Source: Chrysomallon squamiferum (Eukaryota; Animalia; Mollusca). Taken from it: 64,000 nucleotides of DNA. How positions within the stretch are numbered: the stretch's first letter is position 1; the number at the start of each line of letters is the position of its first letter. Shown here one piece after another: positions 47,001-60,066 of the stretch. The notes below the pieces were generated by a model. The model was not told where the DNA came from. It made no database searches and saw only the letters and a program-made list of their open reading frames with translations. The position numbers and the translations under genes were made by a program. Location of the stretch: the NCBI GenBank assembly GCA_012295275.1, contig CM022672.1:19902001-19966000 (forward strand), given 5' to 3'.

Positions 47001-50000
47001 ACTATTGCTTTTATTTATAGGTCAGGGAGTCAATAAAGGAACTTCACACAAGACGATTGGAAATTCTCAGTAAAATTCAACAGAATTCACAGCTTGGTTG
47101 TAAGCAGCTACCATGTGAACTTCCAGTTTACCAGTCGAAGTATCCTGCAAGTTATATTCCACAAAATAGTACTGGACCCCATGGATCGACTTTCCAGATG
47201 CAGCAACCCCAGTTACGTCAATCGATGGATGTGAGATGTAGACCTTTTAATGAGAGATCAGTTGTTATCATTGACCACAGACCAGAACAGCAAAAACCAA
47301 TGAACTCGTCACTTCAAGAAAGATCATTCACACATGATGTTCCTTCATCAAGAAGCTTTATTGGTCGGCCTGGTCTGTTGCATTCAACTACCCTTTTTAC
47401 TTCTGTGACAGACACAGTGAATGTGGCCAAAACATCAGCTCTTGAAAAATCAGGTAAGTTATTTTGTAAATTGTTGAATAGAATTTTGTTGATTGATATC
47501 ATTAATTTCAGATGCAGCCATCTGAAATGAAAATAGGAACTTTAAATGTTTTAATTTGTTTGAAAAACATATTCATGGTTAAATGTCTTCTTGCTTCCTA
47601 AATAAAAATTATTGATCAATCAGTGCTATAACTGTTAAAGGCAGATGGCGAAAATGTCTGTTACTTTATTTTACTTATTTTTTTTCTTCCCAATTAAAGG
47701 AAAAAATATAAAATGAAAATTTAAAAATGTTTGGTGGAATGATGAAGGAAAAAAAAATTACTGAGTAATTTTGTTTAAACTGTTTTCATCACTGCAGCTT
47801 CAGGTTAAATAAGGTTAAAACTTTTTTTTGTTTTTTGTGTGTGTTTAGGTTTTAAGATGTTTTAATAGTAGTTGAGCTTTTATTTTATTTTTCAGTTAGA
47901 TGTCAGAATCATGAGAGAGATGATCAAAATACAAAGCAAAAATGGCATGATTTAATTATTGGCTTAAAATCAGGTAAAATGTTCTTCAGGTATTTTTTAT
48001 GTTCTTATATAGTACTTGGACATTTCTTAATGGTTTACTTAACTTGTTTTATGGATTGTCAGCTGATCTATGAAAAGAAGTTACTTTATCACCAATAGAA
48101 AATGCATTCATATTTCAATTCACTTTAACATTTTAGACATTCATTACATTTTTTCTTCAACTTAAATCCAAATAACTTTCACTTTTTTCAGAATTTTTAA
48201 TAACTCAGTAGCTATGATTTTGAATTAGTGTTTTCAGTTTTTTATACTTGTTCCCTTTTTGCCCTCATTTTTATAAATTTTATAAACAATTTTTTTTTTT
48301 TTTTTTTTTTTCCTGAATTACACACCAGCTGCTAATGTATAAAATTAAGTAGATTACTAAACAATTTTTCACAAACAGAGTTAGAATGGTTACTTGTTCA
48401 TTCCATAAAAATAAAGTTTGGCCGTTAATGCCATATATTAATATATAAACTAAATTTCTATTTTATTAGGTATTCCAAGGTGATTTTCTGCATGGGAAAT
48501 TCAAGTTTGTTTCCTGTAGATCTTTTTGTCCTGATTTCAGTGATAACAAATTCATAGTTGTCAGTCAGATAGTTCCAGCTTTACAATTGTTTTAATATTT
48601 AATTTTTTAATGACATTTTCAACAAAAAATTATTTTTAAGGGCATGTTCTGTAGTGAGATTGTCTGTGACAAAGCTTATTTCATATACATTGCAAATATG
48701 CAGTCTAATTTTTTTATTACCTCTGTGCAATATTTTTGCATTGGTAAGTGAAGCCATTTGCATGAGATATTTTATGTGATACAATCATAAAATCTTAGAA
48801 AATTCATTTCTTCACTTCTACTTGTACTATAAACATATTTTTTATACCAAATTAATCGGAATGAAAAGATCAAAATGATGAAGTATATCTAGAAGAAATT
48901 AATTAGAAAATGTTAATTTTGGTTGCTCATCTTGCAAGTTCATTTTCTTCAGCACTGGAATACAATCATAGTGCTAATAATAATGTATATTAATGAATAA
49001 TGATTGTTGAGTGTCCTTTCCTTTTGAGAAAGTTCTAAAAGAACTTTATAGTGACTGTATTTTGAAAAACTGGATGGATGGATAATGAATTACAATTTAA
49101 TACCACTTAAAACATATTTGATGTGAATGTAAATGGAGCTGAATTCACTTGGCTGAGATGTAAGAAGTGACTTTTGAAAAGATGTTTTTGAAAGCCTATT
49201 TAGGTTTGCATATAGGTTTGGATTTTATTAAACAAAAAAGTATACTGAATACGGAAATTTGTACTGAATGACCTGCTATGTTTTGAATCAAGTTTCTAAC
49301 ATAACGAGTTATATTTTTCCTACTAACACTAATTGAACATACTTATTCTAACATCAGTTTCAATATTACTTCCAAGACATTAATAAAAAAGTAAATACTA
49401 GTTAATGAACAATCACAGTTATGAACACAGCTGTTGAGAAACTGAAGTCACCTGAACAGATTTTATACTTAAGGCCTCCAGCATGCTGTCTGTAACTAAC
49501 ATGCCAAGAAATGATATGCATCAGTAACTGATGATTTGTTAATAAAAGTGTACGTAAAATCAGACAAATATATATGTAACCAGTTCTGATTTCAACACAA
49601 ATTTAATCAGTTAAATAGTTTTATGCAGTTAAATCAACATCTTATGAAAAGAATGTTAATTTTGTTCACCAACTAGAACCTTCAAACAGTTCATGAGATT
49701 CTAGTTGTGGAAAATCAGCTTGGTCACATCTCTCTCAGGTTGAGTGGTAGTGTGTAGTTGCTTTAAATTTAAATTCTAATCTTTTAAGATAAAATATATA
49801 TATATATGTATATATTGCTGTTTCTGTTGATTTCTTTTTGAAAGGGGTGTGCTGCTCAGAAATAGTCGAGAGATTTTACCAACATTATTTGTCAAGGTTG
49901 ACTACCAGTTTTGGAAAACAGATACATTTATACTGAATATACAAATGAAGTTAAGATCCTGTTTGGTTGAGTTCATTTGCAGGAAGAAAGCTCATAGTTA

Positions 50001-53000
50001 ACCCCATGAACATATAAAATACAAATAATGTTCTCAATACTTGATCATAGATCCATGAGATGCATGTTACCCCAAGGTACTTCTGATCAGATTAAATCCT
50101 TTTTCAGTGTATGAGGATATATTCATGAGAAAGATAAGACTTCATATTTTCCATTTATCTAAAAACATTTCCACATATGACCTCAGAGAACAAATCCAGC
50201 ATTCAAAAGTCAGTAAAATTAGGTCAGAGCTGTATGGAAGTTTAGTCTACCTAATCTTAATGACATTTTTTATTTATTTATTTTTAATTTTTAATTTTTT
50301 ATTATATATTAAAAATGGTAAATAATTTTTAAAGCAAGTATATCCTCTGTTGACAGCAGTTAGTTCCTAGAAAGAGTCCTAACTGTCTTTACATCAGTAA
50401 ATTTAATATCTTCATAAGTTACACCTGGTTCATTTTAAAATATTACAGTATTGTAACAGACTTTTATAACCCATTATAATTGGGTTGTTGTTTTTTGGGA
50501 AGGTGTGTTGGTGTTTTGTTTTGCCCTATCTTTATTAAGTGTTCTTTTTTTGTGTTTTTTTTTTTTTTTTTTTTTTGATAAGGCAATTTTTATATTTTCT
50601 TCTTTTTTACTCTTTATTTTTTAATTTAATTACTTATCTGTCACAAAATGTTAGTTTTAAAATAATGCATTTAATGAAAAACATTAATGTCAGGGGTGGA
50701 TATATATATATATATATTTTTTTTTTTTTTATTGTCTTACACATAAACATTCCTATACATGACTGATTTTCCAATTGCAAATGCTTTATTATTCAGCTAG
50801 CAGAATAATGTTGCAGACAAGATATTTTTATTTCACTGCATATTAGTAATATGCCTTCTTACTCCAGGTAAGTGAATTCATTATATGAAAATGGGGACTA
50901 CATTAAATGATAATGGCACAGCACGTGACCCACTCTTGATGCTCATAATCATTATTTTCTTTTTGTTGAAAGTCAACACAGATGGGATGATGACAAAGAA
51001 TCAGTCAATTTAATTTGTTATCAGTCTTGTGCATTTAAGTGGTTGTACTATGCATTAATGTATTTTGCAGGTAGACAACCTGAGTGAAAATGACTTCCAG
51101 GTCAGTAACCTGTCATAAAATGTACTACTCAAAACAGTTTAGGAAACACATCCGTAAATGTAAAATCCAGCCTTATTCACATTTTTTTTTTCAGACTGTC
51201 ACCACCAGCTGAGTGATCTACATTAAACTGACATATGTAAATTGACTACTGAAAAAAGATATTTTAGTGTTTTGTTAAAAACGAGCTGATCCTCACTGAC
51301 AGACTATAAAACTGAGATACAATTAGTCACATTAGTCTCCTTAGTACAAAGATTACCAGACCCTGTTTGGCTGTAGTAGGCTTGTTACTGTCTTAAAACA
51401 TGTTTTCTGGTAGTTGATAAAGCATACTCTATGGTGTGATGGAAGCAGATTGATTCTTCTGCTAAAGTAAGAAATTCTTGCTCCCGCGTCATCTACAGTA
51501 TTTTAGAAAGGTCCATGTAGAAGTTAAAGAAAAATGGCATGTAAATGTTATATAAATAATTCACCATAGATGCTTCAATCCATGTTTACAAATCATCAAG
51601 AATAACAATATTTAATATTTGGAATAGCTGATCACTATTGGCATTAAGATGGCTTTACAGAAATTTTAGTGTTTCCTAAATTCTTTTGACTGGTATAAAA
51701 CAAAATAGCCATTTTGGTAAAACCAAAAAGCAATAGTACATTTGTATACTGTTCATAATGTTCATTAGCCATTTTGCTTCCATGGAGCTGCATTCGTGAT
51801 AATCAGGTGAGTTTGTTAGGGTTGGTTAGGTGTTTTTTTTTTTTTTTTTTTAAGAAGTAGGATTAAAGACAGAATTGCATAAATATTTCTAAAATAATCC
51901 ATTGACAAAACAGTGTGGTTATTATAAATAGCAAGTGAACATTTAATTAGGAATTTTATTAATTTATTTCATTGTTTATTCTCCAGGGTGTGCTCCATAT
52001 TTGACACCATCAGGAACATACATACCCTGGTCAAGTGAAGAATGTTCCACCATAACTGAAGAGGATGGTGGTGAGCAAGGAGATGCAAAAATTCAAACTA
52101 GTACCTTTCCTTGTCTAAAGGTAAGTGTAGAGATCAGCACAACAAGACCTGAACATTTTATATTATCTCCACATATTAATTATATTGATGACCAGTTTTT
52201 GTCCTAATTTTGTTAGTGTTAAGCAAGGAATGATTTGTATGTAGTTGCGTAAATAGTCCTTGCTTTCAACAGTAGCCTTCCATTAGTTAACATATTTTGT
52301 AAGTTTATTTACTAATTGCATATAAATAATATTTTTTCAACATTTTAACAAAAGCTGTTTTAAAATGAATATTTGGTGGAATGTTAAAATGAGAAAGAAA
52401 AAAAAATTACTCCACTTGAAGAACTCGGCCACCCATAATATTCTTCAAGTGAAATTATTTAAAACTATTATTTACAACAAGTATATATAACTGGCATTGC
52501 AGTGGTATAAAATGTGCATCAGTGTCTGCAAGAGCAATTTTATTTCCTTATTATTTATCAATTTGTAAACTAATTTATTCGGAATTACATCAGTTGATAA
52601 AATTCTTAAAATTGTTACAATTATTCTGACATTTTTCCCCTATAAGGTACATCAGATAAATCATCAAGATGGAATAGACCTTCAAACTGAAATGTAAGTA
52701 TTACTTTCAAGTTTTCTTTTCAGTTACGCTGTTTTGAGTTGTTTCACTGTTTGACAGCAAAAATAATAAGAATGTGAGAAACAGTAAACCTTAGTTAACA
52801 TTTTTAAGTCTTGAGTTGAAGTTTATCTAAATAAATCAAGTCTTTGATTTTGATTTTTTTTATATATATATACATGTTGTTAAACATTTCAAAGATAAAT
52901 TTTATATTCTTCTACATTGCTGAATAACAGAATAATCAGTTTTTATTTTTCATGTATTTTTAAATTTCAGGATCAACAGAGAATATCAAGAACTTGAAAA

Positions 53001-56000
53001 TTTTATTCTGTCTCGCCCAGCAGTTTCACATATTGGACCATTATCTCATTTGTCAAGGACAACTAAATACAAGACAAGTGATCCTGTACATACGACTTCA
53101 GATGAGGTTATTAGCGTTAATTAATTATTTTTACATATTTAATGTGAATAGGAATATTTGAGTATTCATAGTATTAAAAAGAAGATGTGTTATTTTAAGG
53201 CAGTGTGCAGCAGTAGAAAAAGTGAAATTTGTGTCAGGTTAGCAATATTTAGTTTTTTGCAGATTTACATCCTTGAATATGTCTACTTTTAGGTCCCATG
53301 ATTCAATTTCATTAAAAACTTCATTTTTAAGCAGTAAAAATGCAATTAATAACACTACTCATTTACATTGGTGTTCAGTTGCTCAGAAAAGTGCCTGAAA
53401 AAGTGAAGTTTTAGACCCTAACAGCAGCCATTTTCTTTACATTAACAATCAAGTATAAAACTATTTTGGATAGTTTTATCATGATAATGAGGTCACTTGC
53501 ACATAATAACCCATTATCTAAGCCAGCCATAAAGTTCAGTGTGAAATGGAAAGCACTTCGTATTTGCCAGATTGGATCATGTGACAGGTGTCTCTAAAAA
53601 AATGGCAATTGTTTATTTTGACATTTGACTCAAGGGATTGCAGAATAATGGGTCTTGTGAAGAAATCAAGTGACTGAAAAAAAACCATACACAACTTGGA
53701 GAAAAGCAAGTGAGATGCACAATATTGTGATGATAATTGATATCAAATCTGATTGTATGTCAGTCACCTATGTCATTGTTTACTTTGGCACCTTTAATAT
53801 CGGAGCTTTAGTTTTGGGCAATAAAAATCAAACAGTTTAAACAGGAAAGATATGAATAATTGAAGTTTCAGAGCCAGTCTGAAAATAAATAATGGAGTCT
53901 AAATATGTTTCTCTTTTAAGTTTCAAGTTTTTCTCATTTTCTGCTTTTCAGTCTCCTTGCAGCATTCAAAACAAAATTTTTTGGGACCTGTCTAGTTGTA
54001 ATGAGACTTTGCACATTTTTACATCAGTGTCATTTAGCATTATGCAGTAGAGATTTTATTGATATTTTTGATGATCTTCACTTTATAAAGATTGATTGCT
54101 TAAAAAAGCATACAGTTTACAAATTTAAATAAATCTTTTGATTGCATTATCAGCATATACACAATGTAAACTTCTGAAAAAACTGTGCCTCCATGATGTA
54201 TTTTCTAGCTTAAAAATCATTCTTAAAAACATAATCTGTGTTTATGTAAGTTTCCATGGCTGTGGCAAGCAATAAACTTGAACAGATAGCATTTTTGCAT
54301 TTAGGGTTCATAATGTTATCATTTACCATCCATTAAACTTCTTTACTTAAGCAATTCTAAAATTTAAAATTTACTGCCATACATTGCCATAAAACTTAAT
54401 GGAAGGATTATGTCATGGTGTCAGATTGTTTTATTGTTAAAGAAATTTATTTAATTACTTATTTTTTTATTTTGTATTGTAAATCTAAAACTTTACAGTT
54501 TAACAAAAGATAAGATCTGTTTATAATGATAAAACGTGAATGGGAATTGTGCTACTGCCACAGAGATGTATTTTTTATATAAAGTAGAACATATTTACTG
54601 ATGATAATCTTCATACTTTTTTGGTTACTGTTATTATTTGTAAATAAAAAAATTAGATTTTAATTTACATACCGTAAATAACTACATTTATTTTGTAACA
54701 TATTAATAATGCACTTTATTCTTCATTATTTGCAAATTTAAAAAAAAAAAAAAAGATTATTGTGGTATATTTTTTAAATTTTAAAAATTGAGAAACTAAA
54801 ACAAACTGTCCACAAGATTTTATTTATAATTTAATATAAATGATTTTAAAAAAGTAATTTTAGTATCAGCTAAATTCCTACATGTGAATGTTGATGAAGA
54901 ATTATGTAGATGCATGATAGTAGGAAACATTAAAAAGGAATTTTACAATTTTTGAGGTAATGACTTCGGAACATATAAAATGTTCTTATTTGTATACACT
55001 GAATGAAAATTGTTTGTCATGCCATATTGTTACAGAAAAAATATTGATGAACTGTTTTTCTGGTGCAGATGCTGGATTGTTATAAGATCATAGTTCAGTT
55101 TTTTTGCAGTTTTTAATTTGATAGTAGAAAAAAAATATTTCATCACAATCAGACTGTCTGTTTCTTTTTCTTTCATTTTGTTTTCTTTCAAAATCTTGTT
55201 TTCAGAACATGGGTAAAACTGCTCCAGTACTCTCTGTTGAACAACCGAAAACTACACCATCCCCTGCTGCAAGTCGATTAACCATTGAAGAAATCCTGGC
55301 ACGTGATATGTATCCAATATTACCAGCACAATTTTCAACTGATGACATTGTTCTCCGAAGATACGCTGCAATGGAGTCTAAATCTGAGCCACGCCACACC
55401 TGCAAATGCTGGTACTACTTATTTTTTCTATTATTTGTTTATGGGACTGAATGTGAGTGTGTCTGAGAGAGAGAGAAAGGGAGGGGAGATGCTAATATAA
55501 AATTAATGAATGAAAAGGTTAGTTGCATCATACTTTCAGAGATTAAAAATAATATATTTCTTGCAGTATACCAACATCGGACAATTACTTACACGAAGAG
55601 CTGGCTCATTTGCAGAATAGAGTGTCAAATGCCTCAAATTCAGATGAAAGATTGGCATATGAACTACAAGCCATTGAGTATAATATTTCTTTGGTAAGCA
55701 CAAAGTACTTTTTATATGATCTATGGAACATTCAGTTCATCCACAAAAAAAAAGAAAAAAAAAAAAGAGAAGATTTTCCAAGCTTGAGAACTGTAAAGAT
55801 CATTTCTTTCTTCCTGTTTATGCAATATTGAAACAGTTTATATACGTATATTATTTTCAGTCAGAAAATAACGGCACCAGATACATTGAAACATTGAAAA
55901 GAAATGACAAATTCATATTACATACTGATCCAAATTTAAGAGACCTTCTTTTCTTTTTTTCTTTTCTTTTTTTAAAACTAGAGTGCATGCTTCTGTGTCA

Positions 56001-56071
56001 TTAGTTTCATAAATCACCATTTCAGACTATTTAAATACAATCAACCAAGTCATTTTCTTTTTTTTCTTTTT

Positions 56072-56106
<35 letters not shown>

Positions 56107-56714
56107 CCCCTCCAAGAATACACACTGGTACTGGCTTACTAACTACATGCATCAACTTTTCAGACAAATGAAGGAGAGAAATTTGTACCTATAGGAGGTC
56201 TTCTTGATGAACTTGATGCATTAGAAAAGCATGAAGACTGTAATAGTGAATTGACTGGCATCCAGTCTTCTTCTGCCATCCCTACCCCAGGCGTTAGTGA
56301 TAAATATTTGGTGTGTGCTTTCTTCTAATACACATGCTGATGTAAAAATTACTATATTTTTTAATTGAAATTTTATATAGTAGTTCTAGATTACAAATCT
56401 GTTCGTTTTTACAGATTGAAGGAATAAAACGATAATTTGTTGTCATTTTATTTTTGTTGATCCATAATTTCATAGTGGATGTAAACTCTTTTTATTAGCA
56501 AAATTTTATTTAGACTGCATCAAAAGATAATATTTATAGATATGTTGATTTTAATCCACAGGGTTTACCCATCTCAGTGAATGTTCATGAAAATCCCAAC
56601 GCGGATCCAAAGAAACGTCTGGAGCACATGGATCAGCAATTTTCCCAGCAATATGTAATGGATAAGATAGATTCACATGTCCTTGGCATGATACACCCAA
56701 GAAATACATGGTAA
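30702..56714 (+). CDS. RC3H1: Roquin (RING - ROQ - CCCH zinc finger - proline-rich RNA-decay factor), about 1175 aa
   Basis: 18 phase-consistent coding exons: 30702-31041, 31265-31546, 32521-32696, 32900-33100, 33396-33528, 33659-33887, 34486-34677, 39110-39348, 39488-39762, 47021-47453, 47896-47973, 51987-52120, 52647-52693, 52971-53106, 55206-55411, 55567-55693, 56164-56310, 56562-56714. Motifs: [14 protein letters not shown]...CPFDQ (RING), [12 protein letters not shown]...[16 protein letters not shown] and [19 protein letters not shown] (ROQ), YKTSMCRDL...CTFAHSQEE (CCCH). Co-orthologue of RC3H1 and RC3H2. The C-terminal exons are less certain. Confidence 0.93.
35145..38931 (+). mobile_element. 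Decayed Sola-superfamily DNA transposon in a Roquin intron
   Basis: Broken transposase fragments: [54 protein letters not shown] (37511-37760) and [24 protein letters not shown] (to about 38055). Degenerate terminal inverted repeats GTGACCAT--ACATAAAATTCA vs GTGGCCTTGCACATCAAATTCA (17/22), flanked by ATAT / ATCT as a possible 4-bp target-site duplication. Confidence 0.75.
41977..42165 (+). CDS. Candidate alternative terminal or poison exon of Roquin (62 aa + stop)
   Basis: Strong acceptor tttgtgtctctttcag|ACG is in phase 0, matching the upstream donor at 39762. It reads [29 protein letters not shown]...NNS* and is GC/CpG-rich relative to the intron. A possible donor gtg|gtaaat lies at 42213/42214. 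Confidence 0.55.
   Translation, partial: TMYGSYVVYSMWPPSHYCNVSPLGPSLVPIDQCSQIYEASDNNACQDCIHETCINQDHYNNS
45310..45532. repeat. Imperfect ~115-bp tandem dimer in the Roquin intron
   Basis: ggaattcttagcactaacaagttatgaaa...taagcgca...ggtaagta..tacattaaaaac occurs twice. Confidence 0.7.
46411..46461 (+). CDS. Candidate alternative first coding exon of Roquin ([17 protein letters not shown])
   Basis: Two in-frame ATGs, at 46411 and at 46438 in GCCGTCATGG Kozak context. The frame is open to an AAG|gtactt donor in phase 0, in frame with exon 47021. It sits in a CpG cluster with a CRE-like TCACGTCA at 46373-46380. Confidence 0.55.
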
Positions 56715-59700
56715 TAAAAAAAAGTCAGAGACTATTAGGAATCTTGATCAACAGTTCTCTTTTATTTTTTTCCTAAGCTCTACAAGTTGGTGTGTTTTAA
56801 AAATAAAGTTATATAAGAAGATAACCTGTTCCAGTCAATGTTTTATAGATAGTGATTTATTTGTTAAGGCAGTTTTTTAGCTTATTTCACCTGACTAGAT
56901 GAGTTCTATGTAATATGTCAGCTTGTCAGATTTGTAAAGTACATGTAAATGGTATTTTCTTTTCACTTTTATTTATTTTAATTTTTTTTTAATTATCTAA
57001 ATTTGTTCTCTTTCAGAATTTTGACCTGTGGTTACAGAAGATGAAATAAATGAAACAAAACCATTGTCACAAACTGACTGAAAGTAAGGCTTTCGTGTAC
57101 CTGATTTTGTCCCGAAGCTATTTATTTAGTACATATCTACAATAGTATGTAATACTTGATTTCATAAATCAGTTTCGGTATTTACTGGTTTTATGATGAC
57201 TTCATAATGTATTATATACAAGGAGCATCGACAGTTATTCAATTATGGTCAAATTTTAAAAACAAAAGTCTTTCAAATTCTTGGCATCATCTGGCTGAAT
57301 TGTCACATAAATCAGTTCTGTCACTCAAAAACTTCAGTCTCTTGTGATTTTTGTCCACATCTGATGTTTCAATATATGTTTGAAAAATCAAAAGTGCTGA
57401 AAAATTGTCAAGCAGCCTTTTATAATGTCAAGGATGTTGACTTCCAGTCATTGGTGAACAATGATAATAAAAGTTACAGTTAGTAGTAATTAATTACTAA
57501 CGAGTTGGTAACTAGTTTGTGAATTCTTACTGTTTGAACAATATTGTTCTTTATTTTGGCAAGAAATTTTGTTTTCAAAATGAAAGAATAAACAATATAT
57601 AAATTGCTAAATTGTATTGCAATAGATATATAGGTGTACAAATTGTATCATTTTTAATGTTAATTTTGTTAATAAAAATAAACATGTTTGTATATAAATA
57701 CAATTTAGTTACATTACTATTATTGGTTCAACTGCATTTACAGTTGGAAGTTACTAAAGTAACCGAGTATTGGGAAATGTCCCAATGTAAAAAGGTACAA
57801 CAAAAAATTTCTCTGTTCCCTTCAGTTTCAGTTATTGAAGTTTGACTGTATTGTATTATGATTAACTCTGAAGATAAATTTCTTTGTTATAATTCAATAT
57901 AATAATATTGCACTTAGCTTGTTTATATCAAGTCAAGAATACTTCAATCATATAATATAGCTATTTCTTTACATTATTGCTTTCAGAATTGCATGATTTG
58001 GTTTTAGGGTTTAAACTGTGTTGCATATTATTGTTTCCATACCAAATTTTCCTTTGTATTATATTTCACTTACATAGAAAATTTTACTCACATAAATAGT
58101 TTATTTTTATTTTTATGTGGCTAATGCATCAAATGTGAAATGTGAAATTATAATATTTAGCAGAATAAAATGGCTATAATAGAGCAGATTTTAAAAATGG
58201 GATGCATTCAGATAGTAACTTTTTGTTGTTTTGTTTTTTCAAGGAAATTAAACTGTTATCAGATCAGAAAATAGATACACCAAACTACTATTCAGTATAA
58301 ATACATTAAGGAATAAACCATATGCACATCTTTTTAATAGATGGATCATTTTTAAAAAATGGGCTAGCATTTGCTGTTCCTTAAACCATATTATTTTACT
58401 TTAAATTTTGTCAGTTTATTGGCTTCAAAGTACAGTTGTGCAGTTTCATCTAAATAGTTGCCTAGTGGAGTGCCATGTAAATAATTTTTTTGAAGTGCAG
58501 TGACAAAAGTGCAGTTAACATTTAAGTACTATGTATTTTAACTGTACCCACTGTTTAATTCAGGGATTAATTTGTTTTTTTACAAAGTATGTTTAACAGC
58601 TCAAATGTGAGAATTGAAGACATTTTAAACATTTATAAAAGTAAAATGTTGTGTACATTACCTGTATTGGGTTTTGGGGATCTGCCAAGTCACTCCTCCA
58701 GAAAAAAAAAGAAGAAAAGAAATAATAATCACATGCCTTTTGATTATTTAATGGAACGTGGTTAATTTAACTGGATATTCTATATTATGAATGTGACAGT
58801 AAAATATATTGCAAGATTTAACTCATGTATGTACTTTTCTTTTAATTTTATCTTTTGCAAAGAGTAACTTTATAAGTTAATGCACCGTTAAGTATTGCGT
58901 TGTTTGAAAAAAACAGCAGCAATACCTTATATGTGAGAATACTTTGTTTAATAAGTTATAATAGCCTAGTAAGGTATTTTTAAAAATAAGTAGTATATTC
59001 ACTAATGGCTGTTTAGAAGCTGTTACTAATTTTAACAACACACCAATGTTTAACACACACACACACACACACACATGTATATATATACAACTATACATAT
59101 ATGTGCGAATGCGCATTTTATTTTTAATTTTATTTTTAATTTAATTTTATTTTTTGTGTGCATAATAGCTGTATCTTAATTAATATCCAAAAATTCATCT
59201 GTTAAATGATTTAAATAACTATTATGTGTTGTCTGGGGTGTTTTAAATTGTATCAATAAAGTATATGTCTCTCTGGTGAGGCAGGCTAGTTCTGGAAAAA
59301 ATGTTTGAAACAGTATAAACTATGTTTATGTTCATGTATTCAAGACATTTATTTCTATTAAATTAATAGTAAAGAAATATTGGTCTTTGTTTTAAATATA
59401 TATGTATTATTGCTACAATTTTATTAAATTTTATTTTATTAATATTATTATTATTATTATTATTATTATCATCATCATCATTGTTGTTTGAAATATAAAA
59501 GACAAAAATAATTATCTGTGTACTTTATTTCATTTAATAAGACAGTACAACTGTTCTGTGTTACATGCATACATACCCAGTATAGAAATATATATTTATT
59601 ATCAATTAAACTGTCTTTGACATCTGAATTTCCAAACTAGAAATGCAAATGTGACACTAGGCCAAAATCTGTTCCCAACCAGTTTACTCCTGCCAGCATA

Positions 59701-60066
59701 AAAATAAACCCAAAAATGCCTTTGAATTCATAGACAAAAGCCAGCAGTTAAGATAAAATATTTAATGTCAATGAAACTGTTTAAATGTAAACACAATGCA
59801 TCCATTTAATTCAAATGTTCCGAATACTCCTTTATACGGCTGCTGGTGAGGAGAATTTGTTATTTGATGATTTTTATAGGGCAAAAGACCCAAGAACATC
59901 AATTTAACTGAGATTGCTAAAATTCACCACAGATTGCTCAGTTGATACCACCTTTTGTTTTTCACCCAGCATTAACATTTAAAAATATGCTCAAAAGAAA
60001 TATCTTTTGATTACATTTGGTAACAGAATTTCCTGATCATTCACCAAATTAATATTTGATAAAACA

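Noticed and set aside
50987-51095. Possible box C/D snoRNA (ATGATGA ... CTGA) in a Roquin intron
   Set aside because: No terminal stem, no recognisable rRNA/snRNA guide, and the D box overlaps a microexon candidate.
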